A DNA stretch of 64,000 nt from an uncultured Gemmatimonadales bacterium (GCA_963779755.1 CAVZZO010000003.1:480001-544000); one strand, 5' to 3'; shown: positions 39,613 to 51,623, counted from the first letter of the stretch. The notes: a model not told the origin generated them from the letters alone. A program made the numbers and translations.

Positions 39613-40941
39613 TCAGTAGAGTCGTTGGAGGTCGGTATTGGGAAAATAGGCGCGCAGGATGTCGCGGTAACCGAAGCCGGCGCGGGCCCGCCCCACGGCG
39701 CCCCACTGGCAGAACCCCACGCCGTGGCCGGCGCCGTGGCCGTCGGCCACCAGGCGGACGACCTGCCCCCGGGCCCGCGTCTGCTCCAGGCTGAATGCGG
39801 CGCTGCGCAAGGGCTCGTTCGCGTCGGCCCGCAGCACCTGGCGGATGGCCGGTCCCTGCACCGAAACCTCGCCCCGTCCCAGATCCAGGGCCAGCCGGGC
39901 CACCCGGTAGGAGGCCGTCCGGCCGGCGACCCGCACCGAGCGGATCACCGCGCCCGCGGCCAGGGGATGGCCGGTCACCGGCGGCAGGGTCTGGCGCAGG
40001 ATCTGGCGCAGCCGCTCGCCGGTCCATGCCACAGTCCAATGATAGCGGGGCGAGATCCGGCAGTAGGCCTCGCCGTCCGGATCGGTATCGGCGACGGAGC
40101 GGAGATACGGCCGGTCGGCACCGGCGAAGACTTCGGTGCCGTCCGCGGTCCGCCCGCCGCAGGTGGAAAAGAAGAAGGCATCGATCGGGGCGCCGTCCCA
40201 GGTCAGGATCTGCCCCGCGGTGCCGCTCACCGCCAGCCAGCTCTCCTGCGTCTCGGCGCCCACGCCTCCATAGACCTGATCCACCACCGTGCCGTAGAAG
40301 TCGAACCCCAGCGCGCGCCACTTGCCCCGGTTGCGCAGGGCAAAGGTCCGGGACACCACCGCCTGCGCCTTCAGCGCTTCCTCCTCCTCGGGAGCGCGCT
40401 TGCCCATCTCGCTGGAGACCACGCCCGCCAGATAGTTCTCAAGCGCCACCCGGTTCACTACCGTGAGGCCGGCGGGATCGCGCAGCACCACCACCTCGCC
40501 CCGGTAGTCGCGGCCGTCCACCCGGATGAACCCCTGGGGGGATCCGGCCCGGATCAGCAGCGAATCGGCCGGCCCGCCGCCCGCCACGCTCGCGCCGCCC
40601 GGCACCGGCCGCAGTGATACGGTGGCACCCGCGGGGACCTCGGCGAGCAGGCTGCTGTCGGGCGCGGTGACGGTGAGGGCCGCGCCGCCGCCCAGCGACA
40701 CCGTGGCCAGCCGGGTGCCCAGCGCCACCCGGATCCGGGGCTCGCCCGGTGCCGGAACGACGGCGGCGGGAATCCCGGCTTCCGGCACGGGCGCCGCGGG
40801 AGGCGCCTCGGCCGGCGGAAGCCCCGGAGCCGGCGCCGGCGGCAGGGGCGCCGGTTCCGGCTGGCTGCATGCGAGATAGAGAACACTCAGGACCCCGGCC
40901 AGCCACCGGGCCGGTCGGGGCATCCGGCGGGCGAGCCTCAC
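39613..40941 (-). CDS. SpoIID/LytB lytic transglycosylase lipoprotein
   Basis: LENYLAGVVSSEM, ALKAQAVVSRT, DQVYGG, GHGVGFCQWGA. Confidence 0.92.
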   Translation of the reverse strand: MRLARRMPRPARWLAGVLSVLYLACSQPEPAPLPPAPAPGLPPAEAPPAAPVPEAGIPAAVVPAPGEPRIRVALGTRLATVSLGGGAALTVTAPDSSLLAEVPAGATVSLRPVPGGASVAGGGPADSLLIRAGSPQGFIRVDGRDYRGEVVVLRDPAGLTVVNRVALENYLAGVVSSEMGKRAPEEEEALKAQAVVSRTFALRNRGKWRALGFDFYGTVVDQVYGGVGAETQESWLAVSGTAGQILTWDGAPIDAFFFSTCGGRTADGTEVFAGADRPYLRSVADTDPDGEAYCRISPRYHWTVAWTGERLRQILRQTLPPVTGHPLAAGAVIRSVRVAGRTASYRVARLALDLGRGEVSVQGPAIRQVLRADANEPLRSAAFSLEQTRARGQVVRLVADGHGAGHGVGFCQWGAVGRARAGFGYRDILRAYFPNTDLQRLY

Positions 40942-41438
40942 CCGCGGTAGTTCCCGAACTGGAGCTCGGGGCCGAAGTCTTCGGCGCGGAGGAAGGCGAT
41001 GACGGCCTGCAGCTCGTCGCGCGAGGGAGCGGAGACGCGGATCTCCTCGCCCTGGATGGAGGTCTGTACCTTCTTGAAGCCCTGATCGCGGATGGCGCGG
41101 CTGATCTTCTTTGAGGTTTCCTGATCGAGCCCCTGGGTCAGGCCGATCACCTGGCGCATGGTGCCGCCCGCGGCGGCCTCGGGATCGCCGGTCTTCAGGT
41201 TCTTCACCGGTACTCCGCGCTTCACCAGCTTGCCGCGCAGGATTTCCAGCAGGGCGCGGAGTTTGTAATCGTCCTCCGCCTGGAGCACCAGCTCCGCCTT
41301 GCCGCGGTCGAAATCGATGGTGGCACGGCTGCCTTTGAAGTCGAACCGCTGGGCGACTTCCTTCAGCGCCTGATTGACGGCGTTATCGACCTCCTGCAGG
41401 TCGGCGCCGGTGGAGATATCGAAAGAGGGATTGGCCAT
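40938..41438 (-). CDS. yajQ: YajQ family nucleotide / c-di-GMP-binding protein
   Basis: PSFDI, EVDNA, RFDFKG, RDELQ, LQFGNYR. Confidence 0.93.
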   Translation of the reverse strand: MANPSFDISTGADLQEVDNAVNQALKEVAQRFDFKGSRATIDFDRGKAELVLQAEDDYKLRALLEILRGKLVKRGVPVKNLKTGDPEAAAGGTMRQVIGLTQGLDQETSKKISRAIRDQGFKKVQTSIQGEEIRVSAPSRDELQAVIAFLRAEDFGPELQFGNYRG

Positions 41439-41447
41439 AATCGGGAG

Positions 41448-41486
41448 GGCAAGACGGCAAGACGGCAGGACGGCCGGACGGCCGTC
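41448..41486. repeat. 8-mer array GGCAAGAC
   Basis: 4-5 units ending at the sigma-factor stop; reverse-complement-like units at 634-670. Confidence 0.65.
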
Positions 41487-42356
41487 CTAGGTCAGAAAGC
41501 TCTCCAGCGCCTTGGCCCGGCTCACGTGCCGCAGCCGGGTGAGCGCCTTTTCCTTGATCTGACGGACGCGCTCCCGGGTGATGCCGAGCAGGCTGCCGAT
41601 TTCCTCCAGCGTCATCGGTTCCGGGCCGTCGAGCCCGAAATAGAGCCGGAGAATTTTCGCTTCCCGCTCTTTCAGCGTGGAGAGCACCTCTTCGATGGAC
41701 TCGCTGAGCGCGTGCTCGAAGGTCTCGGAATCGGGCCCCGGGTTCTGGTTATCGGGGAGATAGTCCAGCAGCTTGTTGTCTTCCCCCGGGGTGAGGGGAG
41801 CGTCGAGCGAGAGATGGTTCTGCGAGATGGAGAGGGTCTTCTGGACCTCTTCCATGGAGATGTCCATGCCCTCGGCAATTTCCGAGGGCGTGGGCTCCCG
41901 CCCCAGCTCCTGCAGCAACGCGCTGGAACGCTTGCCGATCCGGTGCAGGGTCCCGGCGCGGTTGAGCGGCACCCGCACGATGCGGCTCTGCTCCGCCAGG
42001 GCCTGCAGAATGGCCTGGCGGATCCACCATACGGCGTAGGAGATGAACTTGATGCCCTTGGTTTCGTCGAACTTGTGGGCGGCGCGGATCAGCCCGAGGT
42101 TGCCCTCGTTGATCAGGTCGGCCAGGGAGACGCCCTGGTTCTGGTACTTCTTGGCCACCGACACCACGAACCGCAGGTTGCTGCGCACCAGTTTGTCGAG
42201 CGCTTCCTCTTCGCCGGTGCGGATGCGCTGGGCCAGCGACACTTCGTCGTCCTGCGAGATCAGCGGGTACTTGCTGATCTCCCGCAGGTACTGGTCCAGC
42301 GACCCTTCGTCCGACGTGGGGCCGCGCCGGCCGCGGCCGATCTGCATGGGGCGCAT
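41487..42356 (-). CDS. RpoD/SigA-family sigma factor lacking region 1.1
   Basis: YLREI, NLRFVVSVAKKY, DLINEGNLGL, FISYAVWWIRQ, TRERVRQI. Confidence 0.93.
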   Translation of the reverse strand: MRPMQIGRGRRGPTSDEGSLDQYLREISKYPLISQDDEVSLAQRIRTGEEEALDKLVRSNLRFVVSVAKKYQNQGVSLADLINEGNLGLIRAAHKFDETKGIKFISYAVWWIRQAILQALAEQSRIVRVPLNRAGTLHRIGKRSSALLQELGREPTPSEIAEGMDISMEEVQKTLSISQNHLSLDAPLTPGEDNKLLDYLPDNQNPGPDSETFEHALSESIEEVLSTLKEREAKILRLYFGLDGPEPMTLEEIGSLLGITRERVRQIKEKALTRLRHVSRAKALESFLT

Positions 42357-42510
42357 AAACTCAGGACCTCGACGGAGTGAACGACGGCATTGCTAACAGA
42401 CCGCAGGCGCGCGTGCCTCGCCCGCGCTGATCCGGCGAAGAACTCCGCAATGCAGGAAACACATGATCATGGTGATGCATGACACACTGGACGTAGCGGC
42501 CCTCCCAAGA

Positions 42511-42539
42511 ACCTTACCCTGCCCTCCGGCGGGGCGCAA
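42511..42539 (-). promoter_or_regulatory. Putative promoter of the sigma factor gene
   Basis: TTGCGC-17 bp-TAAGGT on the minus strand. Confidence 0.4.
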
Positions 42540-42554
42540 CGGGGGGCGCGCCCC

Positions 42555-44048
42555 TCAGACGTCATAGGTATCGATCTGTGCCCGCTGCAACGTGCCGGAG
42601 TAGTCGACGTAGCAGACCTTCGTCTCGGAATAGAACTCGTAGACTTCCCAGCCGCCCTCCCGGTGCCCGTTGCCGGTCTGCTTCACTCCGCCGAACGGCA
42701 GGTGCGCTTCCGCGCCGATGGTCGGCGCGTTGATGTAGGTAATGCCGTTATCCAGCCGCTGCATCGCCCGGAACGCCGCGTCCACGTTCCGCGTGTAGAG
42801 CGAGCTCGACAGGCCGTAGCGCACATCGTTGTTCACCGTGATGGCCTCCTCCAGGGAGCTCACCCGGATGACGCTCAGCACCGGGCCGAAGATCTCTTCC
42901 TGCTCCAGCCGCGAGCCCGGCTTTACGCCGGCGAAGATCGTCGGCTGGTAGAACCAGCCCTGCCCCAGCCGTGCGCCCCGGGGCCGCTTGCCGCCGATCA
43001 CCAGCTCCGACCCCTCCTCCTGGCCGATCTCCACGTACTCCTCCACCTTGCGCCGCGCCGCCTCGTGGATCAGCGGCCCCACATCGGTCCTGGCCGCGCG
43101 GCCGTCCCCCAGCCGCAGCTTGCCGACCGCCTCCGCCAGCCGGGCGATGAACTTGTCGTGGATCCGGCGGTGGAGAATCAGCCGGCTGGTGGCCGTACAG
43201 CGCTGCCCCGTGGTGCCGAAGGCGCCCCAGAGCACCCCGTCCAGCGCCAGGTCCAGGTTGGCGTCGTCCATGACGATCTGCGCGTTCTTGCCGCCCATCT
43301 CCAGCGAGAAGCGCTTGTGCATCCGCCCGCAGCTCTCGCCGATGATCGACCCCGTGCCGGTCGAGCCGGTGAAGGAAATGACCGGTACGTCGGGATGCTC
43401 CACCAGGGCCTTCCCCACCTTGCGGCCGCTGCCGTGCACCAGCTGGATCACGCCCGGCGGAAAGCCGGCCTCGTCGGCCAGCTGCACCAGCAGATGGCCG
43501 GTGTGCGGCACGTCGCCCGAGGGCTTGAAGATCACCGTGTTTCCGCAGAGCAGCGCGGGGAACATCTTCCAGGTGGGAATGGCCATGGGAAAATTGAAGG
43601 GGGTGATGAGCCCCGCCACGCCGATGGGGCGCCGGTAGCTCATGGCCCACTTCTCCCGCAGCTCGGAGGGCACGGTATGCCCGAAGAGCCGCCGCCCTTC
43701 CGAGGCGGCGTAGTAGGCGGTGTCGATCCCCTCCTGCACGTCGCCCCGGGTCTCGGTCAGGACCTTGCCCATCTCCCGCGTCATGGCATCGGCGATCTCT
43801 TCCTTGTGATCGGCCAGCAGGTCGCCCAGCGCGCGCAGCAGGTCGCCCCGCGCCGGCGCCGGCGTGCTCGACCAGGCGGCAAAGGCTCCCCGGGCCGCGC
43901 GCACCGCCGCGCTCACGTCCACCGGATCGGAATCGGGGAACCGCCCGATCAGATCGCCGGTATCGGCCGGATTCCGGTTTTCGAAATACTCCCCGCTATG
44001 AGGAGCGACCCACTTGCCGCCGATGAAATTCTTGAAAGTCTTTGCCAT
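42555..44048 (-). CDS. Aldehyde dehydrogenase
   Basis: ITPFNFP, FTGST, LEMGGK, GQRC, EEIFGP. Confidence 0.95.
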   Translation of the reverse strand: MAKTFKNFIGGKWVAPHSGEYFENRNPADTGDLIGRFPDSDPVDVSAAVRAARGAFAAWSSTPAPARGDLLRALGDLLADHKEEIADAMTREMGKVLTETRGDVQEGIDTAYYAASEGRRLFGHTVPSELREKWAMSYRRPIGVAGLITPFNFPMAIPTWKMFPALLCGNTVIFKPSGDVPHTGHLLVQLADEAGFPPGVIQLVHGSGRKVGKALVEHPDVPVISFTGSTGTGSIIGESCGRMHKRFSLEMGGKNAQIVMDDANLDLALDGVLWGAFGTTGQRCTATSRLILHRRIHDKFIARLAEAVGKLRLGDGRAARTDVGPLIHEAARRKVEEYVEIGQEEGSELVIGGKRPRGARLGQGWFYQPTIFAGVKPGSRLEQEEIFGPVLSVIRVSSLEEAITVNNDVRYGLSSSLYTRNVDAAFRAMQRLDNGITYINAPTIGAEAHLPFGGVKQTGNGHREGGWEVYEFYSETKVCYVDYSGTLQRAQIDTYDV

Positions 44049-44105
44049 TGCTCCGCTACGATTAAAGTGAAGTCCTGCCTCGGCCTCCTCGACCGTTCGA
44101 CCCGC

Positions 44106-44569
44106 TCAGCCCTGGCACATCCACGTCGCGGCGGCCCGCGCATAGCCAATGCGCGGGAGCATCACCGAAGCCCCGATGGCCAGCCCCCAGGCCACCACCA
44201 GCAGCGCCATGACATGGGCGGCCGGCAGCCGCCGGCGCCAGGTGGAAACGGCGCCCCAGATCCCTACCAGCACCACCAGCACCGTCGCCCCAAGATAGAG
44301 GAAGAGCGGCAACCCGCAGGGGTGCGCGTAAGGCCACTGGCTCAGCCCCACCGCCAGGGCCACCCCCAGCAGCACCCGGATCCAGCTGCCCAGCACCGCG
44401 CCCCGCGGATTGGCGGGCGTCTCGGGCCGGGCGGCCTTCCCGGGCTTCGCCGGAGGAACCCCGCCCGCCTCGGGACGCGCCGGCGGCCCCGCCGCCGGGG
44501 TACCCGACTTCGCCATCAGGCGGTCGATCTCCGCCAGTTCCTTGTCCCAGTCGCGCGGTTGGTCGGGGC

Positions 44570-44573
<4 letters not shown>
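44106..44573 (-). CDS. Hypothetical membrane protein
   Basis: 3 TM helices; overlaps the upstream stop. Confidence 0.7.
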
Positions 44574-45987
<1,414 letters not shown>

Positions 45988-45991
<4 letters not shown>

Positions 45992-46632
45992 GGCGCCGGC
46001 GCGCCTCCGTAGAGAGTCACCCCCGAAGGGCGGATCCGGAGTCCGCTGATCCCCGCCGGGATGGTGAAAGGAATCGCGGCAGAACCGTTTCCGCCAATCG
46101 CCCGCTGCACCAGCCGGGGGACCATGTCACGCGGGAACGGGAAGCTCCCGATGGTGAGCTGATCCACCTTCCACTCCGCCCGACCGGCGCGCACCAGGAA
46201 GATGGGGCCGCCGGCCTCGAAGCGTTCGCGCGGGTGGATCATGCCGGCCAGCGGCCCCAGCAGGTTCCGGGGAATCCGCCGCGTGTCCAGCACTCCGCCC
46301 ACGCCCACCCGGCCGTCTCCCAGCACGACCTGCAGCGAGTCGATCTCCGAGCGCACCGCCGGATCGAGTCCGGCGCCCACCAGCGAGGCCATCTCATTCG
46401 CGCTCAGCACCACGGAGTCGGTCCGGGCGCGTCGCAGCGAATCCACCCGCGCCTCGGCCGTCCGCAGAGCCCGGGTGCCGGGATGACCCACCGCCGGGTC
46501 CTCCGCTCCCGGCCGGTGCATGGCGTGGCGAACCGCGGCGCCGATCCGGTCGCGGTAGAGCCAGGCGCCCAGAAGCAGCACCAGCACCAGTACGGCGGCC
46601 AGCAGCTTGAACGGCCAGGTAAGGCAACCCAT
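45988..46632 (-). CDS. Hypothetical membrane-anchored protein
   Basis: N-terminal TM; 4-bp overlap with the next gene. Confidence 0.65.
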
Positions 46633-46640
46633 GAGACCGG

Positions 46641-46718
46641 CTCGACCTTCTCAGCCCTCTCGACCTCCTCGACCCGGTCGAGAAGGTCGAGGGGGTCGAG
46701 AGGGTCGAGAGAGTCGGG
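46641..46718. repeat. Inverted 9-mer array CTCGACC/GGTCGAG
   Basis: 4 left and 5 right units with almost no loop. Confidence 0.9.
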
Positions 46719-46721
46719 TCC

Positions 46722-47273
46722 TCATGAAGCCAGCGGCGTGGTATAACGCACTGTATACATTGCACCCCCCGGAGCGGTGCGGCTCTCGTAGAGCACCAGA
46801 CGGTCGGCGGCGAACGCGATCTCCGGCGCCGCCGGGACCGCCGACCAGGCATCGCGGGGTAACCGCCCGTCCCGCCTCACCCGGCCCAGAGTAATGTGCG
46901 GATGAAAGGGACGGCCCTCGCCTTCGAACCCCAGCGCCGACAGCTCCTGTTCCACCCGGTGGACCAGCAGCTCCAGCTCGCCCGCGGGCTCCAGACCGAA
47001 CCACAGGACCCGGGCGCGCTGCGGATCGGGAAAGGCCCCGAACTCGGCGCCGGCCAGCGGAATGGGAGCCTGCCCCTGCCCAGCCCGGTCCATGGCCTGC
47101 CCCAGCGATTCGGTAATCTCCGGCGGCACCTCGCCGAAGAAATGAACCGTGATGTGCAACCCGTCCGGCTGCACCCACTTCACCGGCCAGTCGCGCCGGC
47201 GCAGGTCGGCCAGGAAACGTCCCAGCTCGTCGCGGGCGGGCGCGGGTACGGGAATGCCGGCAAAGGCGCGCAT
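46722..47273 (-). CDS. thpR: RNA 2',3'-cyclic phosphodiesterase (2H)
   Basis: MRAF, LHITVHF and PHITLGR HxT motifs. Confidence 0.9.
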   Translation of the reverse strand: MRAFAGIPVPAPARDELGRFLADLRRRDWPVKWVQPDGLHITVHFFGEVPPEITESLGQAMDRAGQGQAPIPLAGAEFGAFPDPQRARVLWFGLEPAGELELLVHRVEQELSALGFEGEGRPFHPHITLGRVRRDGRLPRDAWSAVPAAPEIAFAADRLVLYESRTAPGGAMYTVRYTTPLAS

Positions 47274-48070
47274 CAGCTCCGGACCGGTAGCAGGCTCCCG
47301 CGCCGATAGCCGCGGGGATCCAGCTCCACTCCGGCAAAACCCAGCCCGAGCAGCGTGGGCTCGATCTGCGCCCAGGCGGATCGCGCCGTGGCAAAGTGGG
47401 CGGGCAGCATCTCCACCCGCGCGCGGTCTCCCAGATGCCGCACCCGCAGGTCGCCGTCGATGCCGAGCGACCGAAGAAACTCCTCGGCCGCTTCCACCTG
47501 CCGCAACCGCTCCGGCGTCACCGGCACCCCGTACCGCAGCCGGCTGGCCAGGCAGGGAGCCGCCGGCGCGTCCCAGACGGGAAGGCCCAGCTCCCGCGCC
47601 GCGCCGCGCACATCGTCCTTGCGCCAGCCCAGCTCCGCCAGCGGCGACTGGATCTTCCACTCCCGGCCGGCGGCCCAGCCGGGACGGTGCTCGCCCAGGT
47701 CGTCGGCATTGGTGCCATCAAGCACGGCGTCAAAGCCCCACTCCTCCGCCACCATGCGCAGCCGTTGCCACAGCTCGGTCTTGCAGAAATAGCAGCGGTT
47801 CACCGGATTGGCGGCGTAACGCTCGTCCTCCAGCTCGTAGGTATCCACCTCGTGCAGCGGCAGATCGAACCGGGCGGCGATCTCGCCCGCGATCCGGTGC
47901 TGCTCCGCGGGAAAGGACGCGCTGCGGCCGATTACGGCGAGCATGCGCGCGCGCCCCAGCGCGCGCCGCGCGGCAACCGCCAGCACGGCGGAATCCACGC
48001 CCCCGGAGTACCCCACCAGGACGGAGCCCAGGGAATGGAGATGCGCTTCCAGCGCCTGCAGCTGCGACAT
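47273..48070 (-). CDS. larE: LarE-family ATP-dependent sulfur transferase
   Basis: SGGVDS PP-loop, RCYFCK, DGTNADD, HRPG, PCLASR. Confidence 0.9.
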   Translation of the reverse strand: MSQLQALEAHLHSLGSVLVGYSGGVDSAVLAVAARRALGRARMLAVIGRSASFPAEQHRIAGEIAARFDLPLHEVDTYELEDERYAANPVNRCYFCKTELWQRLRMVAEEWGFDAVLDGTNADDLGEHRPGWAAGREWKIQSPLAELGWRKDDVRGAARELGLPVWDAPAAPCLASRLRYGVPVTPERLRQVEAAEEFLRSLGIDGDLRVRHLGDRARVEMLPAHFATARSAWAQIEPTLLGLGFAGVELDPRGYRRGSLLPVRS

Positions 48071-48206
48071 GCGGGAAACGTAATCCCGCCCCGGGGGAGA
48101 GGGAAACATGCAGGAACCGCGACGCCGAGCCGGGAAGCCCGGAGGATTCCGTCATGCCTCCGGATCGCGGTTAGAGTCTTTCGCGCCTTCGCGGTAAATT
48201 GCCCGC

Positions 48207-48638
48207 ATGGATGCGTCCCCTCTGGTGATCAGCACCGAGCTGGAGATTCCACCGGGCGAGCTCGAGTACCGCGCATCCCGCTCGGGCGGGCCGGGCGGGC
48301 AGCACGTGAACACCTCGTCCACCCGCATCGAACTGCGCTGGAACGTGCGGGAAAGTCCCAGCCTGAACGACGAACAGCGCGGGCTGCTGCTGCAGCGGCT
48401 CGCGTCGCGCCTCGACCGCAACGGGACCCTCCGGCTGGTCTCGGGAGCGCGCCGCAGCCAGCTGCAGAACCGGGAAACCGTGACGGAACGGCTGCAGAAG
48501 CTTGTGGCCGGCGCCCTGGTCCCCCGGCGCCCCCGCCGCAAGACCCGGCCCCCCCGGGCTGCGGTGGAACGACGGCTGGAATCCAAACGACGCCGGAGCC
48601 GGACGAAGCAGGAACGCCGGCGGCCACCGGATGAGTAA
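48207..48638 (+). CDS. arfB: Alternative ribosome rescue factor B
   Basis: SGGPGGQHVN, RSQLQNR, basic C-terminal tail. Confidence 0.93.
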   Translation: MDASPLVISTELEIPPGELEYRASRSGGPGGQHVNTSSTRIELRWNVRESPSLNDEQRGLLLQRLASRLDRNGTLRLVSGARRSQLQNRETVTERLQKLVAGALVPRRPRRKTRPPRAAVERRLESKRRRSRTKQERRRPPDE

Positions 48639-49164
48639 CCCGCCCGCGGGGCGAAACGTCACCGTCACCCGCACCTGGCTCGAGCTGCGGGAACAGGACC
48701 GCCTCACGGGGGCCGAGCTGCCGGCCGGCGCCACCGTACAGGTGCTGCAGCCCTGCCCCGCCGCGACCTATCGCCGGCTGTATCGTACCACCGGCAGCGC
48801 CTACCACTGGCGAGACCGCTGGGACTGGAGCGATGAAACCATCCACGCCCATCTTGCACGCGCCGGCATCACACTCCACGTGATGGAGATAGACGGTGAG
48901 ATCGCCGGCTGGTACGAGTTGGCCGGCGGCGAGGCGGGAGAGACGGAGTTGGCCTACTTCGGCCTCCTCCCCGGCTATGCCGGCCGGGGGCTGGGCAAGG
49001 CACTGCTGACCGACGCGGTGCGCCGCGCCCGGGCCGGGGGCGCCCGCCGAGTCTGGCTGCATACCTGCACCCTGGACGATCCCGCCGCCCTGCCCAACTA
49101 TCTCCGCCGCGGATTCGTTCCCTTCAGGGAAGAGCAGTATCAGGTGGACCTGACGGACGATTGA
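48631..49164 (+). CDS. GNAT N-acetyltransferase
   Basis: YFGL..GRGLGK, WLHTCTLD, NYLRRGF. Confidence 0.85.
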   Translation: MSNPPAGRNVTVTRTWLELREQDRLTGAELPAGATVQVLQPCPAATYRRLYRTTGSAYHWRDRWDWSDETIHAHLARAGITLHVMEIDGEIAGWYELAGGEAGETELAYFGLLPGYAGRGLGKALLTDAVRRARAGGARRVWLHTCTLDDPAALPNYLRRGFVPFREEQYQVDLTDD

Positions 49165-49200
49165 CGCCGGCCTGCCGGCGGCATTGCTTCAATCCAGCCC

Positions 49201-50028
49201 ATGGCCTCCAGCAAATCAGACTTCCCCAGCCGGCATCCCTCCCGGAGCACCGCCCTGGTGACCGGCGCCTCCAGCGGCATAGGCCGGGAGCTCGCGCGGG
49301 TGCTGGCGGCGCAGGGTCATGACCTGATCCTCACCGCCCGGCACGACGGGCCCCTGCGCGAGCTTGCCGCCGAAGTGCAGTCCCGCCACGGAATCACCGC
49401 CCGGGTGCTGCCGGAGGACCTCGCGACTACCGGTGGACCCGGACGGCTGCATGCCCGGCTGGCCGACGACGGGCTCGCGGTCGACGTGCTGGTCAACAAT
49501 GCCGGCTTCGGCGAGTACGGCCCCTTTGCCGCAAGCGACCCGGAACGCGACGCGGCCATGCTGCAGCTCAATGTCCAGGCTCTCACCCTGCTGACCCGCC
49601 TGCTTCTGCCCGGCATGCTGGCCCGCGGGCAGGGGCGCATCCTGAATGTCGCCTCCACCGCCGCGTTCTTTCCCGGCCCGCTGATGGCCGTGTACTATGC
49701 CTCCAAGGCGTACGTGCTGTCCCTGTCCGAAGCCCTGGCGGCCGAGGTGTCGGGCACCGGCGTGACGGTGACCTGTCTCTGCCCCGGACCGACACGTACC
49801 GGGTTCCAGGAGGAAGCGCATATGGAAGGAGTCCGGCTCGTCCGCCGGCCCCTCATGGATGCCGCCCGGGTGGCGCGCGCCGGCTACGCGGGCATGCGCC
49901 GGGGCCGCACCATCGTCGTTCCCGGAATGCTCAACCGCCTGATGATCCTGGCGCCCCGGTTCCTGCCGCGCCGCATGGCCGCGGCGCTGGTGCGCTGGGC
50001 CCAGGCGCCCGCCGGGGCCGGCGCATGA
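49201..50028 (+). CDS. Short-chain dehydrogenase/reductase
   Basis: TGASSGIG, NNAG, YYASK. Confidence 0.93.
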   Translation: MASSKSDFPSRHPSRSTALVTGASSGIGRELARVLAAQGHDLILTARHDGPLRELAAEVQSRHGITARVLPEDLATTGGPGRLHARLADDGLAVDVLVNNAGFGEYGPFAASDPERDAAMLQLNVQALTLLTRLLLPGMLARGQGRILNVASTAAFFPGPLMAVYYASKAYVLSLSEALAAEVSGTGVTVTCLCPGPTRTGFQEEAHMEGVRLVRRPLMDAARVARAGYAGMRRGRTIVVPGMLNRLMILAPRFLPRRMAAALVRWAQAPAGAGA

Positions 50029-51488
50029 CCGGGCCCCGCCCCGCAACGGCGGCACCGGCCCCGGACGACGCAGAGGAGACCGCCCTGGCACGGCGCATCT
50101 TCGAAGCGCAGCAGGCGCATCGGCCGGTCATGGCCGCCACCAGCGCGGGCCAGCGAATCGAGCGCCTGCAGCGGCTCAAGCGCCTGCTGCTCGAGCGCCG
50201 GGAGCAGGCCTGCTCGGCGCTGCACCGCGACTTCCGCAAGCATCCGGCGGAAACGGAATTGACGGAGATCCAGCCAGTGCTGGCCGAGCTGAACCACTCC
50301 ATCCGCCACCTGCGTCGCTGGATGGCGCCGCGACCGGTGTCCGGGTCCATTCTGCTGCTGGGCACCCGAAGCCGCATCGAATACGAGCCCAGGGGCGTGG
50401 TGCTCATCCTGGCTCCGTGGAATTACCCGCTGGCGCTGATCCTGATCCCGCTCATCGCCGCCGTCGCCGCCGGGAACTGCGTGATCCTCCGCCCCAGCGA
50501 GAAAGTCCCGGCGACCGCCGCGTTCCTGCGCGAGCTGCTGCGGGCAGCCTTCCCCCCTGAAGAGGCGGCGGTGGTGCTGGGCGGCATTGCCACGGCCGAT
50601 GCCCTGCTGGAGTTGCCGTTCGATCACTTCTTTTTCACCGGCAGCACGCCCGTCGGCCGCAAGGTGATGGCAGCGGCGGCCCGGAAGCTCGCGTCAGTAA
50701 CGCTGGAGCTGGGCGGGAAGTCGCCGGCCATCGTCGAGGCCTCCGCCGACCTGGCGCTCTCGGCGGACCGGATCGTCTGGGGCAAGTTCCTCAATGCCGG
50801 CCAGACCTGTATCGCGCCCGATCACGTGCTGGTGGAAGCCTCGGTCGCCGAGCGGTTCGTGGCGGAAGCCGGCGCCGCCATCCACCGGCTCTACGGCGCG
50901 ACGCCCGAGGCGCGCCAGGCCAATTCCAGCTTCTGCCGCATGGTGGATGCGGCGGCGTTCACCCGGGTCGAGGGGTTGCTGCGGGAAGCGACGCATCAGG
51001 GCGCCACGGTCGTGACGGGTGGAGAGACGGCGCCCGCCGACCGGTACATTGCCCCGACCCTGCTCACCGGGGTCCACCCGGAGATGAGCCTCATGCGGGA
51101 GGAGATCTTCGGGCCCCTGCTGCCGGTGCTCACCTGGCGGTCGCCCGATGAGCTCTGGCAGCTGGCCAAGCGCGGCGGCAGCCCGCTCGCGCTCTACGTC
51201 TTCAGCCGCAGGCGCGGATTCGTGGCTGAGGTAAAAAGGAACATCCAGGCGGGGGGCATGGGCGTGAACACCACGATGCTGCACTATGCCAATCCGTCGC
51301 TCCCCTTCGGCGGGATCGGCGAAAGTGGTCTCGGGGCCTACCATGGCGAATACGGCTTCCAGGCCCTCTCTCATTCCCGCGCACTGCTGGAGCAGGGGCG
51401 GTTCTCGCTGGCCGGGCTCTTCTATCCTCCCTACACCAAGAGCGTCCGGAAGCTGGTGGAGATGGTGACGGGCTGGGTGCTTCGGTAG
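50025..51488 (+). CDS. Aldehyde dehydrogenase (family 3-like)
   Basis: PWNYP, FTGS, LELGGKSP, NAGQTCIAPD, EEIFGP. Confidence 0.92.
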   Translation: MTGPRPATAAPAPDDAEETALARRIFEAQQAHRPVMAATSAGQRIERLQRLKRLLLERREQACSALHRDFRKHPAETELTEIQPVLAELNHSIRHLRRWMAPRPVSGSILLLGTRSRIEYEPRGVVLILAPWNYPLALILIPLIAAVAAGNCVILRPSEKVPATAAFLRELLRAAFPPEEAAVVLGGIATADALLELPFDHFFFTGSTPVGRKVMAAAARKLASVTLELGGKSPAIVEASADLALSADRIVWGKFLNAGQTCIAPDHVLVEASVAERFVAEAGAAIHRLYGATPEARQANSSFCRMVDAAAFTRVEGLLREATHQGATVVTGGETAPADRYIAPTLLTGVHPEMSLMREEIFGPLLPVLTWRSPDELWQLAKRGGSPLALYVFSRRRGFVAEVKRNIQAGGMGVNTTMLHYANPSLPFGGIGESGLGAYHGEYGFQALSHSRALLEQGRFSLAGLFYPPYTKSVRKLVEMVTGWVLR

Positions 51489-51623
51489 AGGAATAAGGAA
51501 CCAGGGACAAGGGACCAGGGAAGCGTGTACCAGGAGGTTGGTCCCTGGTCCCTGATCCCTGATCCCTGATCCCTGATCCCTGATCCCTGATTCCTGATTC
51601 CTGATCCCTGATTCCTGGTCCCT
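51489..51623. repeat. Inverted heptamer array between convergent stops
   Basis: AGG(A/G)A(C/T)n x4-5 (51489-51521) versus G(A/G)T(C/T)CCT x12 (51540-51623). Confidence 0.92.
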
